A DNA stretch of 64,000 nucleotides, taken from the NCBI RefSeq assembly GCF_009914755.1, contig NC_060934.1. One strand, 5' to 3'. The position numbers and the translations under genes were made by a program. Source of the stretch: the human T2T-CHM13v2.0 reference genome, Homo sapiens. Positions 41,181 to 54,869 of the stretch are shown here, one piece after another; positions within the stretch are counted from its first letter, which is position 1, and every line of letters begins with the position of its first letter. A model generated the notes under the pieces. That model saw nothing but the letters and a program-made list of their open reading frames with translations, searched no databases and was not told where the DNA came from.

Positions 41181-41560
41181 TGCCATAGACTGAATGCTTT
41201 TGTTCCCCTCAATTTCACATATTGAAATTCTAACTCCCAACGTGATTGTATTGGGGGGGGGGGGGGGGGGGCGGGTGGCGCATTGGCAGTTGATTAGATC
41301 ACGAAGGTAGAGCCCTCATGAATGGCATTAAGTGCCTTTATAAAGGAGACCCTGGAGGACTCCTTCACCCCTTCTGCCATGTAAGGCTACAGAAAGTTGA
41401 TGTCTGTGAACCAGCAAGGGAACCCTCATCAAACGCCAAATCTGCCAGCACTGTGATCTCAGACTTCCCAGCCTCCAGAACTCTAAAAAATCAATGTCTG
41501 TCATTTATAAGGCACTCTGTCTATGGTACTTTGTTATAGCAGCCCAAATTGACTAAGACA
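41181..41560 (+). mobile_element. MLT1A-type MaLR LTR containing a G19 run
   Basis: 'tgccatagactgaatg...agagccctcatgaatggcattaagtgcctttataaagg...gacttcccagcctccagaact...tttgttatagcagcccaaattgactaagaca'. Confidence 0.9.
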
Positions 41561-42216
41561 TCAAAGAAAATCATAGACTATATTCTCATGAGCAAGTGTA
41601 GCCAAGCTGAAAGTAAGTGCATATGTGGACACACAAACACATGCACACACAAAATTACCCTCAGCGGTACTGGAGGCTCCATCTACCTTGCAAAGTACAA
41701 ACAAAAGCAGAGTCGAACAGCATTTCCTCTTCCTTACTGGCAACTCCACATCCCGCATCCCTGACTTTCCCCTATCATAATGCATAATGCCATTATCCAC
41801 TCAACTGCCATTGCTGGAAACATGAGCATTTTCCTCCTTGAGTGTTCTTTTCCCCACCTTCCTTTCTAGATTCCCCAAGATCACTAAAATATATCCTACA
41901 ATCTATATCAAATCTTCTTTAATCTATGTCAATGCATGTTAATATTTCACTTGCTAATGCTGCCAACCAAAATTTCGTACCTAGATTGTCCTTCTAAATG
42001 CTCTCTTCACCTCCATTCTAGGATATCTGTATTTTCAGGTTGTTTCATAAGACATTTGCTGATTTCTGAGGATGCATGGGAGCACAATCTGAGTAGACAG
42101 CCGAACAGTCATCTAAAATGTTGTAATAGTTTTATTGCACACACACAGCAAAAATATTTCAAAATAGCACAGGCAAATATAAAAGGAACAGTTAAAAATT
42201 TCTTCATGATCTAGGA

Positions 42217-42443
42217 GAGAGGTGAACAAACTTCTCCTGTAAAGGGCCAGATCGCAAAGATTCTAGGCTTTGTGGAACATACGGTCACTATTATAGCTAC
42301 TCAACACTGCTGTTACAGCCCAGAAACATCGATAGACAATACGTAAAAAAACAAATGAATGTGGCTGTGTTCCAATAAAACTTTATTAAAAAAACAAGCG
42401 GCAAACCAAATTTGCCCCGCAGGACATAGTTTGCCCACTCCTG
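42217..42443 (+). mobile_element. MER58A-like hAT-Charlie DNA transposon
   Basis: 'caaacttctcctgtaaagggccagat...ctactcaac..tgc...ggctgtgttccaataaaactttatt...catagtttgcccactcctg'. Confidence 0.85.
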
Positions 42444-42767
42444 TACTAGACCATCAGTCTTATGGCCCAAATTAACAATTGTTAACAGTTTCTTGTAAAA
42501 CACATTGCTGTTTGAGTAAGTCTTTTAAGCAGCCCCAGCTAAACAAAATGTAGCTTTTACAGACAGCAAGAATACACAATGGTTTACCTGTGCTATTTTT
42601 TTTCAAAGAGGGAAAAATGACAAAATCACTTTTTCTATAAAGAAGAGAAGTACAATGTGGCTTGGGTACATACCAATTACCTTTTGTTCAGTGGCTCTGG
42701 AGAGTCAAAAAAGGACAAAGATTCAAGGTTTTGGCTACCACAACTATTCAACATGAGTTCTAAACTA

Positions 42768-42802
<35 letters not shown>

Positions 42803-44639
42803 AGAAATGAAATTGCCAATACTAGTTTGATGCTTGGATAAGCATGTAAAGTATCTAACCCACCTGATGGCAAAAATCACAGCATAAGCCCTAACGAGAA
42901 CCCTGGCATTCTGTGGTTTGACCTAGAAATTTAACCACTACAGCAAATACTGTTTCAAAGGTAACATGCATTCTGAGCCAAACAAGAAAAAAAGAAAAAA
43001 AGAAAAAAAGTTTGAAAATTCAGGAGCCACATGAATACACCTTTGCAAAAAAACTGTGGGTGGCCTGTGCCCTGCAATCTGGTGCACATTTCGTGGGTAA
43101 TTGAATAGCGCAGTGTAGCATCTGTGAATCAAAAATTCAGAACTTCCACCAAATGTAGAAAAGTGTATTAGTATATTAGAAAAAATTGTGACTATAAGCT
43201 CATGTTCCACTTTGGTACTTTTTAAAAATATTGATTACAAGTTCTCCATGGTCATTGCCTTTCTTTTCTGTGATTCTTTTTGTATCTCTGAATCTCCATG
43301 TTTCTGACTTACTATCTGTTTCTGACTTTGTCTTTTCTCTTTCTTCATCTCTCGGTATCTCAGTATCTGTCTCTCACCTTCTCCTCCAATTTCCTTTGCC
43401 TTAAGATTTTTCCATTTAAGCAGAAGACCATTTAATACCTCACCTCCATGAGTGAGGAGTTACAGGAAGAGTATAAGTGCTTGACTTACTATGTATAATA
43501 CCTATGGCTAAGTGCATGTGTGTGTACATATATTAATATCTATGCATAGACAGATGAATATCAACCTCAAGCTAATGTCAGATTTAAATTGAAATATATT
43601 TATATCTATCTAACCAGCTATCTATGTATGTATCTACTCATTCATATATATTCTCTTTGTTGGAAGCACAGGTCACCAGAATGTCTAAAAACTGTATATG
43701 GTCTCGTTGGTGCAAATACCTTCAAATATATCTCTTCTGTAATTAAAAGAAAAAGAAAACTCAAGAAAGGAGTGAAAATATCTGCTATTATACATTCAGA
43801 AGAGAAGAGTGATCTTCTTGCCACCTTTGTCATCAAAACCAGCTACCAACCGTAGCAATCAGATACATTTTGTCAAATTTAGTCACCTAAAATTAAGTAT
43901 AATGAGGCTAAGTTCATCATCCCTTTTTCAGCCTGCAATTATTTAAGAAAATCATACAAGTAGTTTATGTTCATAAAATAATCAGAAAATACAGAAAATT
44001 TTTAAGGATAATTGAAACCCTCAGTCATAATGTGGTAACATTTTAGCCACATCTTTCTAGATTTTTACAGCTTCATTTTATTTTACAAAAACAAAAATGT
44101 ATTCAACAAAATTGAGATCCTTTTATATACCAGATGCCCAATTAGATATTTGAGAGGCATAAGAGAACTCAGACAAAAATTTTTGTCTTAAAGTCTTAAT
44201 GTTTTTCAAATTTATGATTTTACTTTGTTTTGCTACACATATTTTACAAGCCATTACATATAGATTCTACATTTAATGACTATATAATATTCTCTCATAT
44301 TCTTGTACAAGGTCATAAGTCTTATTAACTTATGCTTTTCTGCACCAAGAAAAGTTAAAGAAAAACCAGCATAAATTTAGTATTTACTCTGGGCAAATAG
44401 TTACAAATGTTGTAAGGGAGATGTGAACAACAAAACAAAACAGCACAATAACAAATACAGTAAGAAATAGCTCCAGCCCTCAAAGAGGAAAAGGGTAAAA
44501 AACAGAAAAGGGAGGGAGCACATTATAAAAAGATAGTAATATCACAAGTGATAGAATATATATATTATATATATAAAGTCGGTATTAGATATTGTGATTA
44601 TCATGATTGTTAATAAAATAACAATAACAAAGTAATAAC

Positions 44640-44870
44640 AATCAACATCTAACATTGGAGTGTTTATTATGTGCCAATCACTATTTTAACTGCTAGATAT
44701 CTATCAACCTATATGTCTCCTAACAAACTTGTAAGAAGGGTATTTTTTTACATATGATGGCAGAGTCACAAAGTTATCTTCATGAAGTCACTAGGCTAAT
44801 AAAAGTTGGAGAAAGATTTCATATCTAAGGCATCTGTTTCCAGAGTCATTGCTACTAACCATTACGCTAC
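44640..44870 (-). mobile_element. MIR SINE
   Basis: 'ctaacattggagtgtttattatgtgccaatcact...gaagtcactaggctaataaaagttggag...tccagagtcattgctactaaccattacgcta'. Confidence 0.65.
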
Positions 44871-47800
44871 AGCCAAAAGACTGTACCCCTTTATCCTCAC
44901 AACGCATACATTATTCATGCGGATATCTAGGTATGACGGTTCCGTGTAACTCATTCCAACTACAAGAATTACTAATCAAGGTGCTTATTTTAACAATAGA
45001 AAGATCACTTTCCAGGAAAAGGCATTGTCTCTTCTTGCTAAAGAGCTGGCAGGACATCCTACATGTGCAACAATAAAATCCTGTAGGGAATGGTTTTCAA
45101 TCTTCAGTATTTGTAAGAATCATCTAGGGAGTTATTAAAACATGAATGTACCTGTTTATTCTCCTGGCCCCTCCAACAGAATACTAATTCTGGAGTCTAA
45201 ATTTAGGTAATGCAAATACAGGCAAGTGAAGTCCACACTGAATAGCTGGTTTAGCAGCCTATGAGAAAGCCCAGAACTTCCTAGTTCAAAAATCCATCCA
45301 CTCGGCCAAAGCCAGGGAAAGTCTTTGGCCGACTTTCCCAGGGGGACTGGAGACAGCATTTCCAAACCAGAGTGACAAATCCTCTGATGATTGTAATCAA
45401 AAGTGCCAAGAGAATTAAAGAGGTCAACAAGAACTTTTACTTTCCAAACAGGAGAGCCCTACATCAGATGGCCCACGAGTTTGGGTTCTGTTATTCTGGT
45501 TAGGAAATGTCACCAGAACCATCAAACTTTTGGCTCAAGGGCACAATCTGATTAGACAGTTACCTGATACCATGCCTTAGTAGCCCTGTCTTGAAACAAG
45601 TGTGCACAAATCCATGCTGTCTCTCTAGCCTCAATGGCCAGCATGGAGAAGTCAAATGTCAAGACCCCATATTTTCTTCCTGGAAAATAGCTGAAAAATG
45701 ATATACATGAATACTACCATAAGAGTTACTCATAGGGATAGACGAAGGGCATGAAAGGAAGAAAATAGGTCAGTAACAGAATATGTGACACGGGAAAGGG
45801 GCACACTTAGATTTTTCCACTCACATCAAGAGTTCTCTCTACTATCCCTCTCAATGGGCTTAGGAAATCTCCTTGTAAGAAACTTCTAGATAAACCCATA
45901 CGCAACTCAAATATCTGCTCTGCCACTTTTTAGATAGCTAATTTGGGGCAGATTTCTTAACTCCTGTGAGCCCCAGTTTCAACAGTTTGCATGGAGATAT
46001 CTACTTTACAGGGTTGCTTTGACGATTAAATTGACTAACGTAGTAATATTATGCAATGTGCTTGCAGAAAATTGCTCAAAAGATGTAATTTTTAGCTTTT
46101 TATAATGTGGATAGCCTATGTGGCTAGAGCAGAGTTGCTCTAGTGTTCAGCAAACTCCCCCAGCCCCATTGCCAACCCTCAGCCCCCCTCAGGTACAAGA
46201 AAAGCTAAAAAAAAAAAAAAAATGGATAGCTTCAATACAATGGTGTCAGTATTTAAAATAACATTCGCATCAATAGGCAATGAATAAGTGGTTTGTACAG
46301 TGTTACTATGCATGTTATCCCAGCTTGTTATCTTGGGAGGATGTGTGAGAGCTGGTATTTGATTTCTCTAACTTCTAATAATTTTAGGCAAGTGAAATCT
46401 AGTAAAGCCAGGTGAAGTTGGAGCATACACATTGGAAGCGCTAATTATAAAGAGGGTTGTCAGGGTCAAGAGTCAACTTGGATAACTTAAAGCAATGAAG
46501 TTGTCCATGCTGTCTCTCCAGGGTCAGTAGCCAGCAAGGAGAAAACAAACACCACCTCTCACACATCCTCCCCAGATAACAAGCTGGGGATGACATACAT
46601 TCTTAACATTGTGCAACCCACTTATTGTCTTTCCCTCTTCTCATCTTGCCTCTATTGCCTTCCTTCTCACCTTGCACTACACATAAGTTGGATAAATACC
46701 TGAGCAGGCACCTCGCTCGCAGTAAGTCTTATTAGGTCTTTTTAGTACCCTGTAAGGTCAGTTTTGAAAGGTGAGTAACTCAGGAGTCACCCTAGACTAA
46801 GCAACTTGCTCTAACACAGCACAGCACATATAACTTGTATATGTTCTCCTTGAACTCTTCTTCCCAATGGTGGTCTCTTATGGGCAGGAGCACAGACTTC
46901 AGCCAAAATAAAACTATGAATACCATTGTGTCTCTGTCCCAAGATCATGTCAAAACAAAAAACAAACTCCATGCAAGTCCAGGTATCAGTAGAATGCTGC
47001 ATCCTAAGTTTCAGTCTCTTCTTCCAACAACTGATGTGTGTCAATCGCACTGATAAATCAGCAGTTCTTCTGTTTCATCTCCCATAGAATATAAATGATA
47101 TCTGTCTTATCCCTTAGGACTATGTTGAGAATAAAACTGAAGTAATGTGACAAAATTCTTCAGAAGTGAAGCATTTTAAAAAGCAAAAAGGTACCTTACT
47201 GATCTAAGGGTAGTATAGAAACATTCCAGAGATCTATAGAAATCTTTTATGTACGTGTAGGATTTCCTACAGAGCATTCTGGTCCTTTTTTCCTCTGCCT
47301 ATATTTTAAATTAGACTCTGTTCTTTCACTACAAAACTTGCACAGTAAGCTTTCACCTTTGTTTCTTGCCAATCTTTAACTATTGCATCCATTTGATCTG
47401 AGCAGAGCCAGCTCACGTCAGAAGTGACCATTTCATGCCATGCAGTCTGGTTCCCCTCACACTGTCCATGTGAGAAACCAGCATGAAGAAACATCCAAGA
47501 TGAGATTTAAATGCGCAAACCAGGGCAATCACGTCTTTAAGGGCTAACAGATTTTTCCTGACATCGATTTTCAGTTTCTCACTGGGCATGAAATATACCT
47601 ACATTCATTCTAAAGTGATCTTACAGATGAGTGAATCTTAATCTCTCTTCTCCCTACATTTGTTCTTGCAGTTCCTTTATCTATCCTGTACTTACAGCCA
47701 TTTCAAAACACTCCTTTTAAACTTATCCCTCCTATTCATGATCTAGGTTAAGCACCACTCTTGCCACAGCCTTCATAACCATCTGAGCCAGAAGGTTCCC

Positions 47801-48085
47801 ATCTCATCTTTACTCTCTAGCACTTTTGTCATTCAGGTAACATACATCATCTACTGTCTCATATGAATGATCATAACATTTTGTACCACTTCACACACAT
47901 CCCAAGATCAGTGACTGGAACATATCAGGTGCTCAGAAGATATCTGCACAATTTAAAGTTAATAAGAAAAAGTATATAAGGTTGTTAGCATTTTCTCTGG
48001 AAGAGTTAATACTCCATAAATATTTGCAATTCTTAACAGCATTAATAAAATACTGCATGTATTTTTGTGCCCAGTTCTATGTTTT

Positions 48086-48399
<314 letters not shown>

Positions 48400-49006
48400 T
48401 GAGAGTCCTTTCTACGAAACATGTAAGTCGTTCTCAGAGTCAATATTATCTTTTCTAGGGGGTAACAGTAAATTCAAAAAGATTTAAATTCTGTTCCTAG
48501 ATTATGCATTTGGTAGCCAAGTATTGCATGTTTGCCAACACAAAGATATCAGACTAATAATGCTTTTATATCTTACTACAAATATCAATACCTGATTTAA
48601 GTATTGTCTTTCAAATTTCGAGGCTTCTATAAACATATGCATATGAATAATAGGAAAAAGACCCAACATAATGTTTTCACACTCTCAAGTCAAAGGCATA
48701 GATTAATGTGGTATCTGTTTCCCCAGAGCTTTACACATGCAAGATGCTCAATGCTTTCAGGTTGAAGACACTAATATATTGAGGGGAGCCTGGGCAGGGC
48801 CTCACAAAAGCTACTGATTATTCTTCAGAAAGCAGAATGCAGGTAGTCTACTTTTAAGATAGATATTAATGCGGTCTTATATTTGAACACAGGTCTGTCT
48901 ACCTTCATATCTTATACTTTTTTCTTCTATAACACCTTGCCCTTTCATGCCACATTGCATTTGCATTTTTTATTAGGATCAGAGCCCTGATCATAAAAAA
49001 GATGTA

Positions 49007-49301
<295 letters not shown>

Positions 49302-49580
49302 GTAAGTTTGCTAAAGAATGCCAATTATACTAAAATCTAAAAAGCCAAGTAAAAAAAAAACTTATACAATAAACACCAGTTTTCAGTCAATTCTGAAATA
49401 AAGTCAGATTTAGTTGCTCATTCAGAAATGTATTAACAAAGACCAGATCTCAAGATTTTCCGATGACCTAATAATCAAATAATCACCCAAGCATTGACTT
49501 CAAGACTAAAGATGAGGAGGACAGTGTGAAAACAATGCAATTACTACTGAAAGTAAAGAATAAAATGTGAAGAGATTTAC

Positions 49581-49710
49581 CTTTCATAAGATGAAGCTTC
49601 CATTACCAACATTTGCCTGCTTGCAGCTGCCGCTAAAATCCACGCAAGATGAATAATTTTACAGACAGTTCTTAAAAGGATCTGATTTCTAAGTTCTACA
49701 TTAAAAAACT
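49581..49710 (-). other. Candidate non-coding exon (alternative first or internal 5'UTR exon)
   Basis: Minus-strand donor AAG|GTAAAT with the exon ending at 49581; unique sequence with retained CpGs; the 5' boundary is not determinable. Confidence 0.3.
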
Positions 49711-50168
49711 ATAAGGCAGATTTGGAGTGAGATCAATGTGAATTCCACATTGTGTTCTATCATTGACCATTCACATCATCTTGGCCAAGTCAATGATCCT
49801 TTTTTAACCTTAGTTTTGTGTCATTAGAGTGATAATCCCACCTTCACAAGATTGTGAAAATTTAAAAGATGCTAAATAAAAGCATTTTATTAAAACAAAA
49901 AACTTGGCCCAGTGTAATTACCACCAAGGTTGTGTTGATACATGTCGTGCTTAAAAATAGCTGATGGCACACAAGCAGATGTCAAGCAGCCAGTCATGTA
50001 ACAGAATGCAGCATTAATACCATCATAATGATGTAAGTAATATACTGCAGATAACGGTCTTAGGTTAATATCTCTTTGAACAACATTGCTAATGCTAAAG
50101 AGACAGTGAAAAAGTGAAACATTATGTTTAGCATAAAAATGTGAAGAGAAAATACCATCCACCTAATT

Positions 50169-50676
50169 AGAATTTTGTATGGATTAACTAGCTAATGCTG
50201 GTTAGCATTTGAGAATGCAATGGAAGACAGAATTATACACATTCACAGACACAAAGTACTACATATTATATGTAAAATTAGATCACAGCACATGACATGT
50301 ATAAAATGAGTGGTGCAGATGAAACACGTTCTTGCTCGCAACAAACTGTCCCTACTCAGCATCTTTCATGCCACAAGATTCCCCCACTGGGTCTAGCAAA
50401 GGTTTCCGTTGAGAAAGGCAGTCCCATATAACAAGGCTGTATTAGTAAATGAATTTAAATAATGGCTCTCAAATTTTGGGAATTGCACTAAACACATTCA
50501 CAACAAAACATACAAAACACACACAGAGGAAAGTACTAATCATGTACAAGTTTTAGTATATTTAGTGCTTTGTGTCTGAATGTGTGTATAAATTCTGTCT
50601 TCCACTGCACTCTAAAATGCTAACCAGCATTAGCTAATGAATCCATACAAAATTCTGAGTACTAATCATGTGCAAG
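50169..50676. repeat. Inverted duplication (~100 bp arms); the second arm is flanked by 19-bp direct repeats
   Basis: 50169-50184 = revcomp of 50641-50656; 50189-50210 = revcomp of 50615-50636; direct repeats agtactaatcatgt(a/g)caag at 50532-50550 and 50658-50676. Confidence 0.93.
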
Positions 50677-53309
50677 GCAGAAGTTACATCTTCAAAAGGC
50701 TTCCCCAAAAGCATCAGCAAAAGGAACAGGAGAGAGGAATGCTGCAAGGAAACCATCCAGAATTCTTGAAAAGTTAGATGGGCAGCTCATAATGACCATC
50801 TATTTGTACCTGTCGTTCAGATGTTATTATAATCATTAGTCTCTCTTAGCAGCAAACTTTTAGATAAAGATCAGAGAACTCCAAAGGATGTATATTATGG
50901 CGTATGGTGCTTCTTTCTAAGGTAGGATATCTAAGTGAGAAACCATAAGTCTTCAACTTTATTATTAGATTTGGGGTTAATGAACTGTCCTTTATTAATC
51001 TGAGAGAAAGAAAAATAGTGGAAAGGCAGTGACACACCCATGTACAGGACTTTACAACAATAATGCCCTGTTATTTCTATCAAATTATGTGATTCTGTGG
51101 ATGAATTCTGAGTGGCACTGACCCCATTTTACAGATGAGAAAATTCAAACGCAGATTACTACAACAAATAGGACTTGTCAAGGGTACATAACAAATAAGA
51201 CTACAAGTCAGGTCTCCACTCTGCTTTCATTTAATTCAGTTTCCTCCATCTAAGTTTCATCTGATCCTCCCCTGCTCCAATTTACAAAAATAGCTTTAAA
51301 CGTTACCTCCTTCATGATGCTGAAACAGATAAATGTGTTTAGATGAAATTAGCCCTTTTTGAAAACATGAACATACGTACTGAAAAAGTGTGTGTGTGGC
51401 TGAGGAGGTTGGCGTTAGGAAATACAAGACTTCAGAGGTGAGAGATCTCACTGCTTAGCAAACTTTGGGTGCTAAAACACTAAGTCACTTCCCCTATTAC
51501 TTACTACATTCAATAGCCTTAGTAGACTTACTGCAAAAGCCACCTATCCAAAGCCTGACCCACACTTGTCTCTACTGGACTTGTAAGTATAAATGTGTGC
51601 ACATGTACACACACACACAATCTGACAAAACATTGTCATTTAAGTGAACATTTGGTTTGCCAAAGATGCATAATCTCTCCGTCAGGCCAAAATATTTCAG
51701 GATTAATAATTTGCAGCTTAGTATAACAGTATCTATTTCTAGTCCAAAAGTTTTGTTTCCCAGTGCTTATAATATTTGATGCACTTAAAGCCAGCAACTC
51801 TGAGTTAACTACCAAAAGAAGGGAAACATTTTTTAAGTTTAGATTTAAGTGAGATGCTTATTTTAGTGGTGATGTGTTAATAGTATTGAATATTTTACTG
51901 ATATTAAAAGATATGATTGTTAACGTAGGCAGTGAAGTCAAATGTCTCCAGGAGCTGGATAAAATCTCTACTGCAGTTACCTCAATAAAATTCTACAGAA
52001 CGACATAAAGCAGAACCCTTTGTCCTAAGGTAACATACTAGAGCTGTGTGGATGTTCTCAGGACAGGACTATCAATGCTAAATGCCGTTATGATTTGCCT
52101 CAATACAATCTATAAGTATGTACAACAGAATTCCCAAGGAGTAAATGTGTTGTAAACTGTCCAAAACTGTTATTTTAAAAGCTAATAATGGGAATACAGT
52201 GTCATGTCTCTGGGAAGGTTTCTTGCAATTGCATTACAAACTAAGGTATGGTGACTGATACTGAGCTGGATAATCAGTGCATATTTCAAAGAGCAAACTC
52301 GCAATTTCCAGATCTAACTTCTATTTACTTATGTGTTCCATTTTTACCCACTTTTGATTACCGTGTTCTCACTGCCTGTTCTGTGGTAGCCTCGACAACT
52401 TTTAAATGGTCTTTAATCACCAAAGCTGTTGTTTTACTATTTGTCACTAAGTTTCCAGGTTCACTTTAAGTTGATACTTCTGATAGGTTAAAGAGTTTCA
52501 GATTTATTCACTCAAACAAAAAAACTTCCTGACATGGCCGGGGGAAAAAAAAAAAAAAAAAAAAAAAAATGACTAGCTGTCAGCCCTGCTACTTTGTCTT
52601 GCAAAAGCTCACCACACACCCACTCTCCCTCCCCAGGCTCAGCCTCCTGGAATCTTAATCCCCTTCTTCATATGGAAAAGTCTTTATTTCAGGTTTCACT
52701 AGAGGTGGTCAGGCAATGAAGAGTGAACAGGGAGTTGTAGTCCCTTGGATATTGATGTTTCCAGGACTAAATCACATTGGAGAACAATCAATTCACAAGC
52801 TGTAAAGCCCCAGCTTTAATCACTTTCTCTCTCAGAAAGATGGTGCCTGCTCTCCATGTAACTTCCATCTCCTCAGTGCCAGAGACAGGGACCACACTAG
52901 AAGGCAGTGATTGTCCACTGAGATTTTGTCCCCTTTAAATTAACCTAGACATTTGTCATCACAGACAGGAGCCCCCAGAGTAAGCTTACAGCAAGTGAAG
53001 TGGGAATCCTTGAGGGCAATGTCAGCCTGCCCTACAACGTTAACCCTTTCACCACCGCATACTATGCACTTATTTAACACCCTACTCTGCCTGGTCTTCA
53101 GCTTCACAAGCCATATTGACAGAAACCAGGGATTTACATTCTTACTTGAAAGCTGTTTTTTTCCAGGTTTGGAGCTTAGAGATGAAGATGGGAGTTCCAG
53201 GAGGACTGAGGCCCATCTTGGAGATGAAATACTTCCTGGCGAAGGCAAGCATAGCCTTTATTTTGCACACTTCAAGTCAGAAGCCTCAAATCACCTTCTG
53301 CCCTTGACC

Positions 53310-54280
53310 CTCCAAGCCCACTTTCACACTCCCTCCCCGCTTCGCTCCCCGACCCCACCCCATCACCACTCTGCTACTCGCAACGCTGCCTGGTCGCACC
53401 CAGGAACCATCTTTGTGGGTGGGGTTCCTCGTCTCCGCGGACAGGCTGCTAGTGAGCCGCAGCTCCTCCATCCGGAAGCCAGGGATCTTCATCTTGCCGC
53501 GGAGTTCCATGCTGCCGTCGCCCCCAGTCTTCAGGGACTTTGCGCTCCCGCAGGCTCCTGCTCACCTCTCCCATCGTTGGGCGCTGGTGGCACCCCAGGA
53601 GGAGAGAGGAGCAGCAGGAGCCCGGTCTCGCAGTGCCGGCACGGACAGTACTCTGGGGGTCTGGGCCGCGTGCCACGAGGAGCAGAGGAGCCACCGGAGC
53701 CGCTTCCGCAGACGCCCTGACACGGAGGACCCAGAGCGCCGCGCCGCGCCGCCGAGGAACGCGCTCACCGGCGCCAAATTTTCCCATCCCGGGAGCGAGG
53801 GCGGCGGCGAAGGGTCCGGGACCCGAGGTGGCGGCGCGGGGCTCTGCGCGGGCGGCTGTGGGTGCTGGAGCTCAGGACCCTAACTTTAGCGAAGTCGGGC
53901 CGCGGCGGGGCGGGTGGAGGCGGCGTGGGCAGGGGCTGCCGCAGGTGCGGAGTGAGGCGCCGCCACACGGGCGGGGGCAGGAGTCTCAGGAACTCGGCAG
54001 CCGCCAGCAGAGCCCGGTGCGGGACCGGGAGCTGCCGGGGCCTCAGCTCCGCTCTCCCCACAGCTCTCCGTGGCTGCAGGTTGAGGTCGAACTGCAAGCG
54101 CCACGGACCCTGCCTGCTGTTTACTGCGTTTTCACTGGAGACTCCAGCAAATGTCCTGGAGAGGAGAGGGATTCCTGCTCTGTCCATTTTAGTCTCTACA
54201 TTGGCACCTTGGTGTAAACCCACAGCAGAGGCTGCGTGTCCTGGCTGAGAAACACAGAAGGGCAGCGGGGACGGAGGTGG
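53310..54280. promoter_or_regulatory. CpG island promoter
   Basis: Abrupt rise in GC and CpG density in a CpG-depleted window; GC boxes at 53907-53914 and 53969-53974; E2F-type site TTTGGCGC on the minus strand (53771-53778). Confidence 0.92.
53769..53890 (-). other. Candidate first exon of a minus-strand gene
   Basis: Donor CCG|GTGAGC (intron starts 53768); GC boxes immediately upstream; ATG at 53787-53785 in context cgggATGG; alternative donor GAG|GTGAGC at 53565; TSS position is approximate. Confidence 0.55.
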
Positions 54281-54869
54281 GGCCGTGTGCAGATGAAGTA
54301 TGTTTATGAAGTACATGATTGTGAGCGTCAGCGTATGTGTGTTTAGGGTTTTTCCCATCAGTCTCCAGCTTTGCTCCCTTTTCTTGACCTTCTGTAGCAC
54401 TCACTCTGCCCAAAGCCAGTCTTGCGTAATCCCATTTGAAAGAGCACTTTGTTACTAGCCATATTCTAAATGTTTTGTGAGCCTACACTATGGCTTTAGA
54501 AAAAAAAACCACACACACCACACTAGGGGAAAAGAAAGGAACTCAAAACTGTGGCTTGGGAACATTTTCATTTGGAGCACACCAATTAGTCCCAGGGTTT
54601 AGCTCTAAACCCAAGATTCCGTAGGAAATCGGACATCTATTGGAGACTTATCTACTACGTTTGTTATATGACTGTTAAACCAATTCATTGACCTGTATCA
54701 CATTCCCCACCTCAACCCTTGAAGCAGCTGGCATGCCGTCTGAAATCTTGGAATAAACTTTGCATATGGTTAGCAATCTTCTATTTGTGTATAAAGGTGC
54801 TCACCACTAATATGCTGTGAGTTCCTGAGAATCACCACACTTGGTTGCTTAAAGTTTGAAAATGACCAA

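Noticed and set aside
49581-53890. Assigning a gene name to the CpG-island locus
   Set aside because: No coding exon is present to anchor an identification, and the candidates I considered from memory did not match the sequence; a BLAT search is needed.
52940-54413. Long overlapping ORFs (up to 255 aa) on both strands in the CpG island
   Set aside because: Stop codons are scarce in GC-rich DNA; the ORFs occur in many frames, are Arg/Pro/Gly/Ala-rich and show no recognisable domain.
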